Below, in pieces: positions 19,233 through 29,414 of a stretch of DNA of 64,000 nt; the stretch's first letter is position 1, and each line of letters begins with the position of its first letter. The stretch is from Bacillota bacterium (lineage in GTDB: Bacteria; Bacillota; SHA-98; Ch115; JABLXJ01). The DNA lies in the NCBI GenBank assembly GCA_012839815.1, contig DUMQ01000058.1, positions 63 through 64,062 of the forward strand. Reading direction: 5' to 3'. The translations under genes were made by a program, and so were the position numbers. Below the pieces are notes generated by a model. The model was not told where the DNA came from. It ran no database searches and worked only from the letters and a program-made list of their open reading frames with translations.

Positions 19233-21338
19233 CTATTGTTTCTCTGCAAAATCCACCGTCACGACCGTACCCCGCACAACCTCGGTGCCGGGTTTGGGGT
19301 CCTGGTCGACCACCCACCCGCTTCCCGTGGCATTCATGCGAAGCCCGATCTCCCCGAGGGAGAGCGCAGCCTCCTTCATGGAGAGTCCTTTGAGATCCGG
19401 GACAGTAACCTTTAAATCCACTTCATTATAACGTCCGCTCGATGTAAAGTAAAGAATTACTGTTGTCCCGTAGGGAACCCTGGCTCCAGGCTTTGGAATC
19501 TGGTCCCTCACCTTATCAGGCGGCCCTTCAGCGCGCATCACAAGACCATTCGAATCCAGAACAACCTTTGCGTCCTCAAGATTAAAACCCCTGACATCGG
19601 GAACCACCGTGAGATCGCCAGTAGCGCCGTCCTTATTCTCTTTAACCTTTACATCCTTGGAGGGCGGGATACCCATATAGCGCAGCGCATCCTCGACTAT
19701 GGCTTTAAACACGGGAGCGGCTATAACGCCTCCATAGGTTATACCACTCGAAGGCTCATCCAGGACAACGAGCACAGCGATGGCAGGGTCATCCACCGGA
19801 GCGAAACCCAAGAAGGAGGAAATCCTCTTGTCGCCATATCGCCCGCCTTCGGGCTTCTCAGCGGTTCCTGTTTTACCGGCGACTCGATAACCCGGAATCT
19901 GGGCCCTCACGCCAGACCCGTTGAGCACCACGGATTCGAGAATGCTCGAGAGCTCGCGGGAGGTGGAGGGGCTTATCACCTGGCGTACGGGGATAGGCTG
20001 GAATTCCTTAACCACCTTTCCATCAGGTGCAACTATCTTTTTCACAAGCATAGGCTTCATCAAAGTGCCGCCGTTAGCGATCGCGCAAGCCGCTGAGAGG
20101 AGTTGAAGCGGGGTCACGGAGATGCCCTGTCCAAATGCGATATTCGCCAGCTCAACCTTGCCAACACGTTTGGGCGATTGGAGCGAGCCTGATGCCTCCC
20201 CGGGGTAGTCTATACCTGTCGGCTGGCCGAACCCAAAGGCCTTGATATACTTGTAGAATTTATCAACCCCCAGGTTGATACCCAGGCTTGCGAAGACGGG
20301 ATTGCACGAATTCTCCGTGGCCTCTACGAAATTCTCGCTGCCGTGGCCACCCGGCAGCCAACACCGTATGACTCTATCCTCAACCTTTATAAACCCCGGG
20401 TCGTAAAACTGGGAATCGGGGCGCACAACTCCTTCCTCGAGGGCGGCCGCGGCCGTGATGATCTTAAAGGTGGACCCGGGCTCATACATGTCAGTGAGCG
20501 CAATATTCCTGCGATTTATGTCGGGATAGTCGAGGAAGTGGTTTGGATTGAATGTAGGGCGGCTGGCCATAGCCAGCACCTCCCCCGTCTTTGGAGCCAT
20601 GGCGATGACGATCCCTCGCTTCGATTTGGTATCCGCCATGGCCTTATCAAGCTCCCGCTCTGCCACATACTGGATAACCTCGTCGATAGTCAGGTAGAGA
20701 TCATTTCCATCTTTGGGCGGGACAAATCTCCGGGCGCCTCCCGGTATCTCCCGGCCGGTTGCGTCGCGCTCGGCCTCGATCTGGCCCCGCACCCCCGCGA
20801 GATACCTGTCGTATTCAAACTCGAGACCCTCCAGCCCCTGATTGTCTATGCCCGCTATGCCAAGAAGGTGAGCTGCCAGGGAATCCTTCGGATAAAACCT
20901 CTGGCCCTTTTCGGTAAAACCTATACCGGGGATGCCGAGCTTCTTCACCTCCCTGGCGATCTTCTCGTCCACCTTACGCCTTATCCAGACCGTGGCCTGG
21001 CGTTGGGTGAGCCTCCTTTGCAATTCACCCTCATTCTCCCCCAGGATTCTTGAAAGCTTGGCGGCCACCTCAGCCGGATCCTTTATCTCGGCCGGGACAG
21101 CATAAATAGAATCAGCACTCACGCTTATGGCAAGCTCGTGGCCATTCCGGTCTCTTATCGCGCCCCTCCGCGCATCCACAGGGACGGGATAGAACCGCTG
21201 GTCGAGCGCAAGCTTGCGAAAGCGGTCATGCTGGAGTACCTGGATGTATGCAAGCCTGGCTGCGAGTAAACCAAGCAGCAAGGCCCATATAACAAAAAGA
21301 GAAGCTATCCGCTTTCTGATAGCTATTCCGGGGTACAT
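19233..21338 (-). CDS. ftsI: Class B penicillin-binding protein (FtsI/SpoVD family) with two C-terminal PASTA domains
   Basis: It has a TM anchor, a PBP dimerisation domain, a transpeptidase domain with SxxK, SxN and KTGT motifs, and two PASTA repeats (VPDVRGFNLEDAKVVL..., VPDLKGLSMKEAALSL...). Confidence 0.9.
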   Translation of the reverse strand: MYPGIAIRKRIASLFVIWALLLGLLAARLAYIQVLQHDRFRKLALDQRFYPVPVDARRGAIRDRNGHELAISVSADSIYAVPAEIKDPAEVAAKLSRILGENEGELQRRLTQRQATVWIRRKVDEKIAREVKKLGIPGIGFTEKGQRFYPKDSLAAHLLGIAGIDNQGLEGLEFEYDRYLAGVRGQIEAERDATGREIPGGARRFVPPKDGNDLYLTIDEVIQYVAERELDKAMADTKSKRGIVIAMAPKTGEVLAMASRPTFNPNHFLDYPDINRRNIALTDMYEPGSTFKIITAAAALEEGVVRPDSQFYDPGFIKVEDRVIRCWLPGGHGSENFVEATENSCNPVFASLGINLGVDKFYKYIKAFGFGQPTGIDYPGEASGSLQSPKRVGKVELANIAFGQGISVTPLQLLSAACAIANGGTLMKPMLVKKIVAPDGKVVKEFQPIPVRQVISPSTSRELSSILESVVLNGSGVRAQIPGYRVAGKTGTAEKPEGGRYGDKRISSFLGFAPVDDPAIAVLVVLDEPSSGITYGGVIAAPVFKAIVEDALRYMGIPPSKDVKVKENKDGATGDLTVVPDVRGFNLEDAKVVLDSNGLVMRAEGPPDKVRDQIPKPGARVPYGTTVILYFTSSGRYNEVDLKVTVPDLKGLSMKEAALSLGEIGLRMNATGSGWVVDQDPKPGTEVVRGTVVTVDFAEKQ

Positions 21339-21380
21339 ATTGCTTATGGGTATCTCCTCTCCTGAGACTCTTGTAAATCC

Positions 21381-21974
21381 CTACCCTCTCGCCCCGGAGG
21401 CCGAAAGCTGGGAGCTGGGTAAATCGAAGAACCACTTTGCGACAAACTGCGAAGCCAGGCCCATCATGCTACCCGATATGCGTTCACCGATACACCTGGC
21501 CGTTGCAAGGACGCCCCTGTACCCTGGCTGCGTCCCATCTCCGGGTGCGGCAGGCTTTTCATGTTTCTCGTCGCCTGGCTGGCTATACTTACCCCCCTGA
21601 GCCGGCCCGATGTCCACTACAACCATGTGTACATCTCCGGGTTCCATCATGCCTAGCCGGGTCCTGGCATCCTCCTCGATGCGTGCGAGCGACCGGAGCT
21701 GGGCGGCTGCCAGGCTCAATCTCTCATGCTCGGATTTCAGCATATCCAGCTGACGATTGGCCTTTGTGAGTTCATAGCCAAGCTTGACAGTCTGCGTGTG
21801 CAGCGATAGATAAGAGAGGAGAAGTGCAACGGATAATATTGCAGTAACACCCAGCTGCAACATGCTTGGGCATCCCGACCTCAAGGCCCCGGGCTTCGCT
21901 CGAGACCTGTGGATATTCGCATCCCGGGTAATGATCCGTTTGTCCTCCACCGGCCTGGCTTTAGCTAATACCAT
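21381..21974 (-). CDS. ftsL: FtsL/DivIC-like septum formation initiator with an extended C-terminus
   Basis: A TM segment (LQLGVTAILSVALLLSYL) is followed by a coiled coil. It sits in the ftsL position between rsmH and the PBP gene. ATG 21974 follows GGAGGG; the track ORF (start 22049) would overlap rsmH. Confidence 0.7.
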   Translation of the reverse strand: MVLAKARPVEDKRIITRDANIHRSRAKPGALRSGCPSMLQLGVTAILSVALLLSYLSLHTQTVKLGYELTKANRQLDMLKSEHERLSLAAAQLRSLARIEEDARTRLGMMEPGDVHMVVVDIGPAQGGKYSQPGDEKHEKPAAPGDGTQPGYRGVLATARCIGERISGSMMGLASQFVAKWFFDLPSSQLSASGARG

Positions 21975-21996
21975 CTCTATTCGCCCTCCAACAGGT

Positions 21997-22950
21997 TTAG
22001 AACTTCTCGGCAGCCCGCAGCTTCGCACTGCGCGACCTGGGGTTCTCACTAATCTCGCGTCCGGATGGTGTAATAGGCTTCCTGGTGATAACCTTCAGCG
22101 TAGCCTTCCCCCCGCAAGAGCAAACCGGCAAACCGGGCGGGCAGGTGCAGGCCTTTGCGTAATGTTGAAAGGTACGTTTCGTAATACGATCCTCGAGCGA
22201 GTGAAATGAGATAACGCATATCCGCCCACCGGGCTCAAGCAAATCGATTGCACCTACAAGCGCCTGCTCGAAAGCGGAAAGCTCATCATTTACGGCAATA
22301 CGCAGCGCCTGGAACGTTCGCTTCGCCGGGTGGGGGCCCGAGCGCCGGGCTCCAGCAGGAATAGCTTTCTTTATTATATCTACAAGCTCGCCCGTGGTCC
22401 GGATGGGGTGGTGGGCTCGCTCCTCGCCAATAAATCTGGCGATGCGGGATGCCCATCTCTCCTCCCCATATTCCCTGATTATGCGCGCCAGATCCTCGAC
22501 GGGGAGTTCGTTCACGAGGTCGGCAGCCGTGCGAGAGCCCTGGGAACCCGCTCCAGCTACACCCATCCTCATATCGAGCGGGGCATCTATCATATAGGAG
22601 AACCCGCGTTCTGGCTCGTCGAGTTGATGAGACGACACCCCGAGATCAAAGAGCACGCCGAGGATATCGTCGCGTCCTACCGAGTTAACTATTTCTACGA
22701 TATTTTTAAAGTTGTCGCATATAAGCCGGACCCTCTCTCCAAAAGGAGCGAGCTCAGCCCGGGCCGCGGCGATCGCCTCAGGATCGCGATCGATCCCTAT
22801 GAGGAAACCATTCGGCGCTGTTTTCATGAGAATACCCCGGGCATGCCCGCCGCCTCCCACGGTGCAATCCACGTAAGTGCCTCCGGGCCGGCAGGCAAGC
22901 AATTGTATAACCTCATCAAGCAAGACCGGGCGATGGTAAGTCTCCCTCAA
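21997..22950 (-). CDS. rsmH: 16S rRNA (cytosine1402-N4)-methyltransferase RsmH (MraW)
   Basis: HRPVLLDEV...[11 protein letters not shown] and the fold of this methyltransferase family are present. It overlaps the mraZ stop. Confidence 0.95.
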   Translation of the reverse strand: MRETYHRPVLLDEVIQLLACRPGGTYVDCTVGGGGHARGILMKTAPNGFLIGIDRDPEAIAAARAELAPFGERVRLICDNFKNIVEIVNSVGRDDILGVLFDLGVSSHQLDEPERGFSYMIDAPLDMRMGVAGAGSQGSRTAADLVNELPVEDLARIIREYGEERWASRIARFIGEERAHHPIRTTGELVDIIKKAIPAGARRSGPHPAKRTFQALRIAVNDELSAFEQALVGAIDLLEPGGRICVISFHSLEDRITKRTFQHYAKACTCPPGLPVCSCGGKATLKVITRKPITPSGREISENPRSRSAKLRAAEKF

Positions 22951-23384
22951 AAACGACCCCCGTCCTCCAGGAGCTTCTCTGCTATCTCTTCATAGGATTC
23001 CTCGGCTTTATGTGAATACTCACGCCATGTGGGCTCGTTCCAGATTTCTATCCTTGTAGATACGCCGATTATCACCACGTCCTTTTCCAGCTTCGCATAC
23101 TCCCGCAGGTGAGCCGGGATCATGATCCTACCCTGTTTATCAAACTCACACTCGGCAGCACCCGAGAAGAAGAGACGGCTATAAGCGCGCACATCAGACC
23201 TGGACAGTGGCAAGCTGCGAAGCTGGCGTTCCTGATTCTCCCATTCTGACAGGGGGAACACAAAAAGGCAAGAATCAAGGCCCTTCGTGGCGATGAAACG
23301 CTCGCCCAGCTCCTCTCTGAACTTCGCTGGCATAATCAACCGGCCTTTAGCATCTATCGTATGCCAGAAGGTGCCGATGAACAT
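22947..23384 (-). CDS. mraZ: Transcriptional regulator MraZ
   Basis: [24 protein letters not shown] and a duplicated MraZ (SpoVT/AbrB-like) domain are present. It is the first gene of the dcw cluster. Confidence 0.95.
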   Translation of the reverse strand: MFIGTFWHTIDAKGRLIMPAKFREELGERFIATKGLDSCLFVFPLSEWENQERQLRSLPLSRSDVRAYSRLFFSGAAECEFDKQGRIMIPAHLREYAKLEKDVVIIGVSTRIEIWNEPTWREYSHKAEESYEEIAEKLLEDGGRF

Positions 23385-23397
23385 GAGCGTCCACCAC

Positions 23398-23422
23398 TTT
23401 CCCCCACTTTACACCACCATGG
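23398..23422 (-). promoter_or_regulatory. MraZ operator: three direct GTGG(G/T) repeats at 10-bp spacing in the mraZ leader
   Basis: The minus strand reads GTGGTgtaaaGTGGGggaaaGTGGT (plus-strand CCAC at 23398, 23408 and 23418). This is the classic MraZ-box arrangement. A TTGGAC/TATGAA promoter-like pair lies just upstream. Confidence 0.6.
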
Positions 23423-23470
23423 TAAGTTTTCTCTTCTATATTCATAACCAAAATCCTTCTTGTCCAACCT

Positions 23471-23500
23471 AAAAAATAAAAAGCCCGGCGAATGCCGGGC
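23471..23500 (-). terminator. Rho-independent terminator of the GNAT gene
   Basis: The minus strand has a GCCCGGC-attc-GCCGGGC hairpin followed by TTTTTATTTTTT. Confidence 0.8.
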
Positions 23501-23526
23501 TAAGAGCCTCTTTGCGATATATCTTC

Positions 23527-24048
23527 TTACGATATCTTCCTCAGGGGGCCCACTCCGATCCTCCCGGGCAGGCTCATGAATTCATCCCGCAGGATGCTCA
23601 TCAGAAATACCTTCTCCACCCTTGAGTTCCCATCGAGCCTGCGCTCGACCACGCCCTCCTTCTTGAAACCGCATTTCTCATAACACCGTATAGCTCTGGT
23701 GTTGGCTTTATGGACCCTCAAATAAATGCGTTTCAGCTTCATTTCGGAGAAGGCCAGTTCAAGCAGGGCCATAACGGCTTCCATGCCATAACCCTTATTC
23801 CAATCAGACTCCTGACCGATCCTGATGGAGAGTTCTGCATCGCCGCCTCTCCAGCTTATTTCGGCAAGGCCAATGTCACCGATCAACCTGCCTTCCCTGG
23901 TAGTGATGGCAAATATCTTACAATTTCTGCCCCTAAGCATCTTTTGATACCACTGGCTACTTGCTTCATCATAGGATTTCCATTGCTCCATTACCTGCAT
24001 GTCTTGCTCAGTTAGGGGACGTAATACCGCCTTGCTCTCGCCGATCAC
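23527..24048 (-). CDS. GNAT family N-acetyltransferase
   Basis: It has the RimJ/RimL-like acetyl-CoA binding fold (RLIGDIGLAEI...NKGYGMEAV...RVHKANTRAIRCYEKCGF). Confidence 0.8.
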   Translation of the reverse strand: MIGESKAVLRPLTEQDMQVMEQWKSYDEASSQWYQKMLRGRNCKIFAITTREGRLIGDIGLAEISWRGGDAELSIRIGQESDWNKGYGMEAVMALLELAFSEMKLKRIYLRVHKANTRAIRCYEKCGFKKEGVVERRLDGNSRVEKVFLMSILRDEFMSLPGRIGVGPLRKIS

Positions 24049-24181
24049 TACTTTGACACCTCTTCCTGGTTTTATTTCACCTCCCTACCCTTCTGAGATT
24101 CTAATTCGACCAGGATCCTGATATCCCTTTATGTAAATGTATCCGCTTCTAGGAGACTGCTCCATTGGTTCACTGCCCGTC

Positions 24182-24220
24182 CATAAAAACAAAACCTGTC
24201 CATCATCCTCGATAGACAGG
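24182..24220 (-). terminator. Probable Rho-independent terminator of spoVS
   Basis: The minus strand has a CCTGTC...GACAGG stem followed by TTTTGTTTTTAT. Confidence 0.5.
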
Positions 24221-24246
24221 CTGGAGGGTACCGACAAAGCCTGGCG

Positions 24247-24507
24247 TCACCTTGGTTCAACTATCAATTTGATGGCGGTCCTCTCCTCACCGTCGATCTC
24301 CACATCCGCAAAGGCAGGGATCATAATGAGGTCCACCCCGCTGGGCGCGACGAACCCGCGCGCAATAGCCACCGCCTTGACGGCCTGGTTCAGCGCACCA
24401 GCACCGATCGCCTGGATTTCAGCCCCGCCCCGCTCTCTCAAGACACCGGCAAGGGCGCCTGCGACAGAATTGGGGTTTGACTTTGCAGATACCTTCAAAA
24501 TCTCCAC
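24247..24507 (-). CDS. spoVS: Stage V sporulation protein S
   Basis: EILKVSAKSNPNSVAGALAGVLRERGGAEIQAIGAGALNQAVKAVAIARGFVAPSGVDL...IKLIVEPR is near-identical to SpoVS. The GTG start follows GGAGGT. An AT-rich promoter island precedes it at 24530-24590. Confidence 0.93.
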   Translation of the reverse strand: MEILKVSAKSNPNSVAGALAGVLRERGGAEIQAIGAGALNQAVKAVAIARGFVAPSGVDLIMIPAFADVEIDGEERTAIKLIVEPR

Positions 24508-24613
24508 GCAATCTACCTCCTAGCCCGTGACATCAATAAAATGTCCTCTCTAGTTTATATAAATTATATATTATTAGTAAAATTCCTCCTACTCAAAAGC
24601 CTCAAATAGGCAT

Positions 24614-25399
24614 TCAACCGTCATACAGTTCATAGACCCTCTCGATGCTTCGAGCCCTCCCCGACGATTCATCCACATCGATGACGGCCCCGCTGAGGCA
24701 AACCCTGCCTGTAGCTGTCTCAAATCGTATAGGCATCTGGGATAGGAATTTCCCAATGACAAGCTCCTTCTTAACACCTATTACAGAGTCAACAGGCCCC
24801 GTCATCCCGAGGTCGGTCATATAGGCCGTCCCGTGATCGAGGAGCCTCTCGTCAGCTGTTTGAACGTGGGTGTGCGTGCCGACGACAGCCGTAACACGCC
24901 CATCCAGGAACCATCCAAGCGCGACCTTTTCTGATGTCGCCTCGGCATGAAAATCAACAAGAATGGTATTTGTCTCCTTTCGCAGCACCTCTACAAGCGT
25001 TTCGGCGCACCGGAAGGGACAATCCAGGTTTCCCATGAACACGCGCCCTGACAGGTTTATTACACCAAATTTCACGCCGCCATCGGAGCAGAAAACCCCG
25101 CTCCCGCGGCCCGGGGCGCCCGGTGGGTAATTGGCGGGACGCAGGATCCTCGGTTCCCTCTCAAGTATCTCATATATCTCCTTCTTATTCCATACATGGT
25201 TTCCTGTTGTTAAGATATGAACCCCCGCCGCAAAAAGCTCCTTTACAGTCTCGTCGGTCAAGCCAAACCCGCCCGCAACATTCTCCCCATTCGCTATTAC
25301 GATATCCGGGGCATGTAGGTCCGCAATTCGCGGCAGTAAAGTTTTCACAGCCCGCCTCCCGGCCCGGCCAACAACGTCGCCTATAATAAGTATCTTCAA
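24614..25399 (-). CDS. ymdB: YmdB-family metallophosphoesterase (2',3'-cyclic nucleotide phosphodiesterase, TIGR00282)
   Basis: MKILIIGDVVGRAGRRAV...ANGENVAGGFG...GNH are YmdB hallmarks. Its position next to rny and spoVS matches Bacillus. Confidence 0.9.
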   Translation of the reverse strand: MKILIIGDVVGRAGRRAVKTLLPRIADLHAPDIVIANGENVAGGFGLTDETVKELFAAGVHILTTGNHVWNKKEIYEILEREPRILRPANYPPGAPGRGSGVFCSDGGVKFGVINLSGRVFMGNLDCPFRCAETLVEVLRKETNTILVDFHAEATSEKVALGWFLDGRVTAVVGTHTHVQTADERLLDHGTAYMTDLGMTGPVDSVIGVKKELVIGKFLSQMPIRFETATGRVCLSGAVIDVDESSGRARSIERVYELYDG

Positions 25400-25941
25400 G
25401 ATTTGCGGTTCTCGGCGCCCTTATTGAACACGAGAACCCTCCCCTCTTCCCTAAAGCCGATCAAATCCCTCTCCTGAAATGATTCCCTGAGGTCTTCCAG
25501 CATATTCTCGATTATCTCATCCTGCATGGATATCTCCTCATCCAGAAGCGAGTCCTCGCCGCGCTCGGTTATGAGTTGATCTCCGAACTCTGCGACCACC
25601 AGCTCTATTATAAGGGATATCTCCTCCTGGGTCAGAGTCTGGACGTCCCGTTTAACCTCCAGGGAGGTGAAACCCTCGAACCTGACCATGTGGAGCTCGA
25701 TATCCGGCTTTCCGGACTGGATCAGAGCCGCATAGGTCTCAATATTCTCCTCCAGCTTCATCTTGAATTTGGCGTAACGCTCGTCGGAAATCTGCTCGGA
25801 AATCATGAAGGTGAACTTCAAGGTTTTGTGCTTTGGATCGAAGTTTACCGTGACGATTTGCGGGTATCTAACCAGGATCGATATAAGCAGGCTCACGCTG
25901 TTAGCCGCGTGGTCCTCGCGTTGACGTTGCAGTCTGCTCAC
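25396..25941 (-). CDS. Uncharacterised acidic protein, translationally coupled to ymdB
   Basis: The 181-aa ORF's stop overlaps the ymdB ATG (ATGA). Its GTG start follows GAAGAAGGTGAGTGAGGGG. It has no Cys and a Glu/Asp-rich C-terminal half, and no family was recognised. Confidence 0.5.
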   Translation of the reverse strand: MSRLQRQREDHAANSVSLLISILVRYPQIVTVNFDPKHKTLKFTFMISEQISDERYAKFKMKLEENIETYAALIQSGKPDIELHMVRFEGFTSLEVKRDVQTLTQEEISLIIELVVAEFGDQLITERGEDSLLDEEISMQDEIIENMLEDLRESFQERDLIGFREEGRVLVFNKGAENRKS

Positions 25942-26065
25942 CCCTCACTCACCTTCTTCGTAAAGAGTCTTGGCGACAGGCTGCGATCCCGCCCGGCCCT
26001 GCGTGCGGAATCGCAGCCACTCGCGACTGGTTTCAAGGAGTTATTTTTCAAGGAGTTATTATTTA

Positions 26066-27628
26066 TTATTTAGCATATTCAACTGCCCGCGTCTCCCGTA
26101 TGACCGTTACCTTAATCTGGCCGGGATACTCGAGCTCCTGTTCGATCCGCTTTACGATGTCGCGTGCTATTCGCGCTATAGCAATATCGTCCACTTTCTC
26201 GGGTTTCACCATAATCCGCAGTTCTCGGCCTGCCTGGATCGCGTAGGACTTCTCCACCCCTTCAAAGGCATCGGCGATCTTCTCAAGCTTCTCCAGACGC
26301 TTCATATATGCCTCAAGGGTCTCACGCCTTGCACCGGGGCGCGCCGCAGATATGGCATCAGCGGCCTGGACAAGCGCTGCCTCGATAGTCCTGGCCTCTT
26401 CATCCCCATGATGCGCCAGGATCGCGTGAACCACTTCAGGCGATTCCTTGTATTTCCTCGCAAGATCGGCGCCGATCTGCACATGAGGACCCTCAACCTC
26501 ATGATCCACGGCTTTCCCGATATCATGAAGAAGGCCCGCCCTCCTCGCAACCTGGACATCTGCACCAAGCTCCGCAGCCATGGTAGCAGCCAGATAACAG
26601 ACCTCCAGGGAGTGCATGAGGACATTCTGGCCGTAGCTCGTCCTGTACTTGAGCCTCCCCAGGAGCTTGATAAGCTCGGGGTGCAACCCGTGCACCTGGG
26701 CCTCAAGAGCTGCGCTTTCCCCCTCCTCTTTGATGGTCGCCTCGACCTCCTTGCGTGCCTTGTCGACCATCTCCTCTATTCGCCCGGGGTGTATCCTGCC
26801 ATCGGCGATGAGGCGTTCCAGCGCTATCCTGGCGATTTCACGCCGGACAGGATCGAACCCTGAAAGGATGACAGCCTCAGGGGTGTCATCTATGATCAGG
26901 TCAACGCCTGTCAAGGTTTCAAGGGCTCGAATATTGCGGCCCTCCCTGCCGATGATCCGCCCCTTCATCTCGTCATTTGGCAGCGCGACCACCGAGACCG
27001 TCGTTTCCGCCACATGGTCCGCGGCGCATCTTTGAATAGCCATCGTGATGATCTCACGAGCCCGCTTGTCAGCCTCCTCCTTCGCCTGAGCTTCTATCTC
27101 CTTGATCATAACGGCCGTATCATGCCTTATCTCGTCCTCAACATTTTTCAGGAGGATGTCGCGTGCCTCCTCAGATGAGAGGCCGGATATGCGTTCAAGC
27201 TCGGCCCGCTGCTTCGCGCGAATCTCCTCGAGCTCTCGCCTCATGGCCTCTAGCTCTGCATCCTTCTTGTGCAGGACGTCCTCTTTCCTTTCGAGGATAT
27301 CCGCCTTCCTGTCGAGGGCCTCTTCCTTCTGTATGAGACGCCTCTCGATGCGCTGCAGCTCTATCCTGCGCTCCCGACCCTCCCTTTCAAGGTCGCTGCG
27401 CATCCTGTGGACTTCTTCTTTCGCCTCGAGGAGCGCCTCTTTCTTCGCAGCCTCACCTTGCTTCTTCGCTTCCTCGATGATCTGTTTTGCCGCATTTTCA
27501 GCGAACGCGATCTTCGCCTCGGCAAGGTATTTTCGTATAAAATATCCTGCCAGTCCGGCCAAGACCACAACCAGTATATATACTAAAGAAGTAAGAACCG
27601 CGTTAATCTCAAGTTCACCTCCCCCCAT
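26066..27628 (-). CDS. rny: Ribonuclease Y
   Basis: It has an N-terminal TM, a long coiled coil, a KH domain ([15 protein letters not shown]) and an HD domain (HSLEV...LLHDIGK). ATG 27628 follows GGAGG. Confidence 0.95.
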   Translation of the reverse strand: MGGGELEINAVLTSLVYILVVVLAGLAGYFIRKYLAEAKIAFAENAAKQIIEEAKKQGEAAKKEALLEAKEEVHRMRSDLEREGRERRIELQRIERRLIQKEEALDRKADILERKEDVLHKKDAELEAMRRELEEIRAKQRAELERISGLSSEEARDILLKNVEDEIRHDTAVMIKEIEAQAKEEADKRAREIITMAIQRCAADHVAETTVSVVALPNDEMKGRIIGREGRNIRALETLTGVDLIIDDTPEAVILSGFDPVRREIARIALERLIADGRIHPGRIEEMVDKARKEVEATIKEEGESAALEAQVHGLHPELIKLLGRLKYRTSYGQNVLMHSLEVCYLAATMAAELGADVQVARRAGLLHDIGKAVDHEVEGPHVQIGADLARKYKESPEVVHAILAHHGDEEARTIEAALVQAADAISAARPGARRETLEAYMKRLEKLEKIADAFEGVEKSYAIQAGRELRIMVKPEKVDDIAIARIARDIVKRIEQELEYPGQIKVTVIRETRAVEYAK

Positions 27629-27682
27629 CCTCAATCACGCCTCCGTAAAAGGCGGAGCTTATCATATTCTTATGCACAGGTC

Positions 27683-27712
27683 TCAAAAAAAGGCCGAGCA
27701 GGAACTCGGCCG
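27683..27712 (-). terminator. Rho-independent terminator downstream of recX
   Basis: The minus strand has a GGCCGAG-ttcctg-CTCGGCC hairpin followed by TTTTTTT. Confidence 0.85.
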
Positions 27713-27745
27713 CTTAAAGATATCCTTGCAGTCATTCTATCTTTT

Positions 27746-28192
27746 TTAGCTTTGAGTGTCAAGTTCACGCAAAACGCTTTCAATCACGTCCGGCTCGAAG
27801 CCCCTGCGCAACAAGAAACCCCAAAGCCGCCTGCGGATCGTAATGAAGTCCTGGTTCCCGTATCTAGGTGCCTGTTTTGCAACCAGCCGCCGGGCCAACT
27901 CCTCTTCATTCACGCCGGCAAAGATATCCTCGACACCCGCATCAACTACATCCCTTGCAATGCCCTTTGCCAGGAGTTCGCGTCGTATCCGTAGCCTGCC
28001 GAAACCCCTGGTATCTACCCTCGCCCGGGCCCACTCCCTCACAAACTTCTCATCATTGATATACCCGAGGCGTTCGAGGCGCGATACCACGTCAAGCACA
28101 TCTTCTCGAGCGAACCCCCTCCTGCTCAACCTCTCCTCAAGTTCCTTGCGTGTCCTCGCCCTGAATTCGAGCAACCTGAGGGCATACTCCAT
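27746..28192 (-). CDS. recX: Recombination regulator RecX
   Basis: It has a tandem three-helix RecX repeat fold (MEYALRLLEFRARTRKELEERLSRRGF...). The preferred ATG start is 28192; the track ORF begins with GTG at 28228. Confidence 0.85.
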   Translation of the reverse strand: MEYALRLLEFRARTRKELEERLSRRGFAREDVLDVVSRLERLGYINDEKFVREWARARVDTRGFGRLRIRRELLAKGIARDVVDAGVEDIFAGVNEEELARRLVAKQAPRYGNQDFITIRRRLWGFLLRRGFEPDVIESVLRELDTQS

Positions 28193-28349
28193 CGCTTCGC
28201 CATCATTACGGCCCCTCTGTCCTTGCACGTGCTATCGCCCCTCCGGGAAGGACCCATAATTAAATTTCTCCGTGAGTTGATAAATCCCTTCTATATCTCA
28301 GGTTGACTTTTATGCCGTCGATCGACTTTTATGCCGCCCGTATCTCCCG

Positions 28350-29414
28350 CTATTTCTCCGCTACCTGTTCACCCGGCGCTCCCGGCGACGACACGCCTGC
28401 CGCTACCACCGCTTGCGCCTGCTGCTGCGGCTTAAGACCGAACGCCTCCCGTATCTTACCCTCTATTTCAGCGGCTATATCCCTGTTCGACCTGAGGAAC
28501 TCCCTTGCACTTTCCCTGCCCTGGCCTAGTCTCAGGTCGCCGTAAGAATACCATGATCCGCTCTTCTTGATGATATCAACGGCCTCGCCGAGATCCAGGA
28601 TATTACCCTCGCGGGAGATGCCCTGGCCGTACAGGATATCAAATTCCGCCTCCCTGAACGGCGCCGCCACCTTGTTTTTGACAACCTTCGCCCGCGTCCT
28701 GTTGCCGACGACATCATTGCCCTGTTTTAGGGATTCAACCTTTCGAACCTCGAGCCTGATCGTGGCGTAGAACTTCAGTGCCCGGCCGCCGGGCGTGGTC
28801 TCAGGGTTTCCGAACATCACGCCGACCTTCTCGCGTATCTGGTTTATGAAAATGGCGCAGGTCTGAGATTTCCCTATAGCCGCGGTGAGTTTACGAAGGG
28901 CCTGCGACATGAGCCTGGCCTGGAGGCCGACATGGGCGTCGCCCATCTCACCCTCTATCTCGGCCCTCGGCGTCAAGGCCGCAACCGAATCGATTACAAT
29001 AACATCGATAGCCCCGCTCCTCACGAGGGCCTCGGCTATTTCAAGGGCTTGTTCACCTGTATCAGGTTGAGATATCAAGAGGTTATCGATATCTACCCCG
29101 AGATTCTTCGCATAACTCGGGTCAAGGGCATGCTCCGCATCGATGAATGCTGCGGCGCCCCCGGCTCGCTGCGCCTCGGCGATGACATGAAGCGCAACCG
29201 TGGTCTTGCCCGACGATTCCGGGCCGAATATCTCCACAACCCTCCCGCGCGGCATCCCGCCGACGCCCAGAGCTATGTCGAGAGATAGCGCGCCTGTGGG
29301 TATCACCGCTACGTTGAGCTTCGCGCCGGCCTCCCCGAGTCGCATTATTGATCCCTTGCCGAACTGTTTCTCAATTTGCAAAAGCGCCATCTCCAGCGCC
29401 TTATCCTTCTCCAC
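28350..29414 (-). CDS. recA: Recombinase RecA
   Basis: [27 protein letters not shown] and the Walker [10 protein letters not shown] identify RecA. GTG 29414 lies 10 nt after a GGAGG; the track ORF extends 88 codons upstream. Confidence 0.93.
   Translation of the reverse strand: MEKDKALEMALLQIEKQFGKGSIMRLGEAGAKLNVAVIPTGALSLDIALGVGGMPRGRVVEIFGPESSGKTTVALHVIAEAQRAGGAAAFIDAEHALDPSYAKNLGVDIDNLLISQPDTGEQALEIAEALVRSGAIDVIVIDSVAALTPRAEIEGEMGDAHVGLQARLMSQALRKLTAAIGKSQTCAIFINQIREKVGVMFGNPETTPGGRALKFYATIRLEVRKVESLKQGNDVVGNRTRAKVVKNKVAAPFREAEFDILYGQGISREGNILDLGEAVDIIKKSGSWYSYGDLRLGQGRESAREFLRSNRDIAAEIEGKIREAFGLKPQQQAQAVVAAGVSSPGAPGEQVAEK

Noticed and set aside
27102-27749. Plus-strand 215-aa Ser-rich ORF antisense to rny
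   Set aside because: It is a low-complexity antisense shadow of the RNase Y coiled-coil region.
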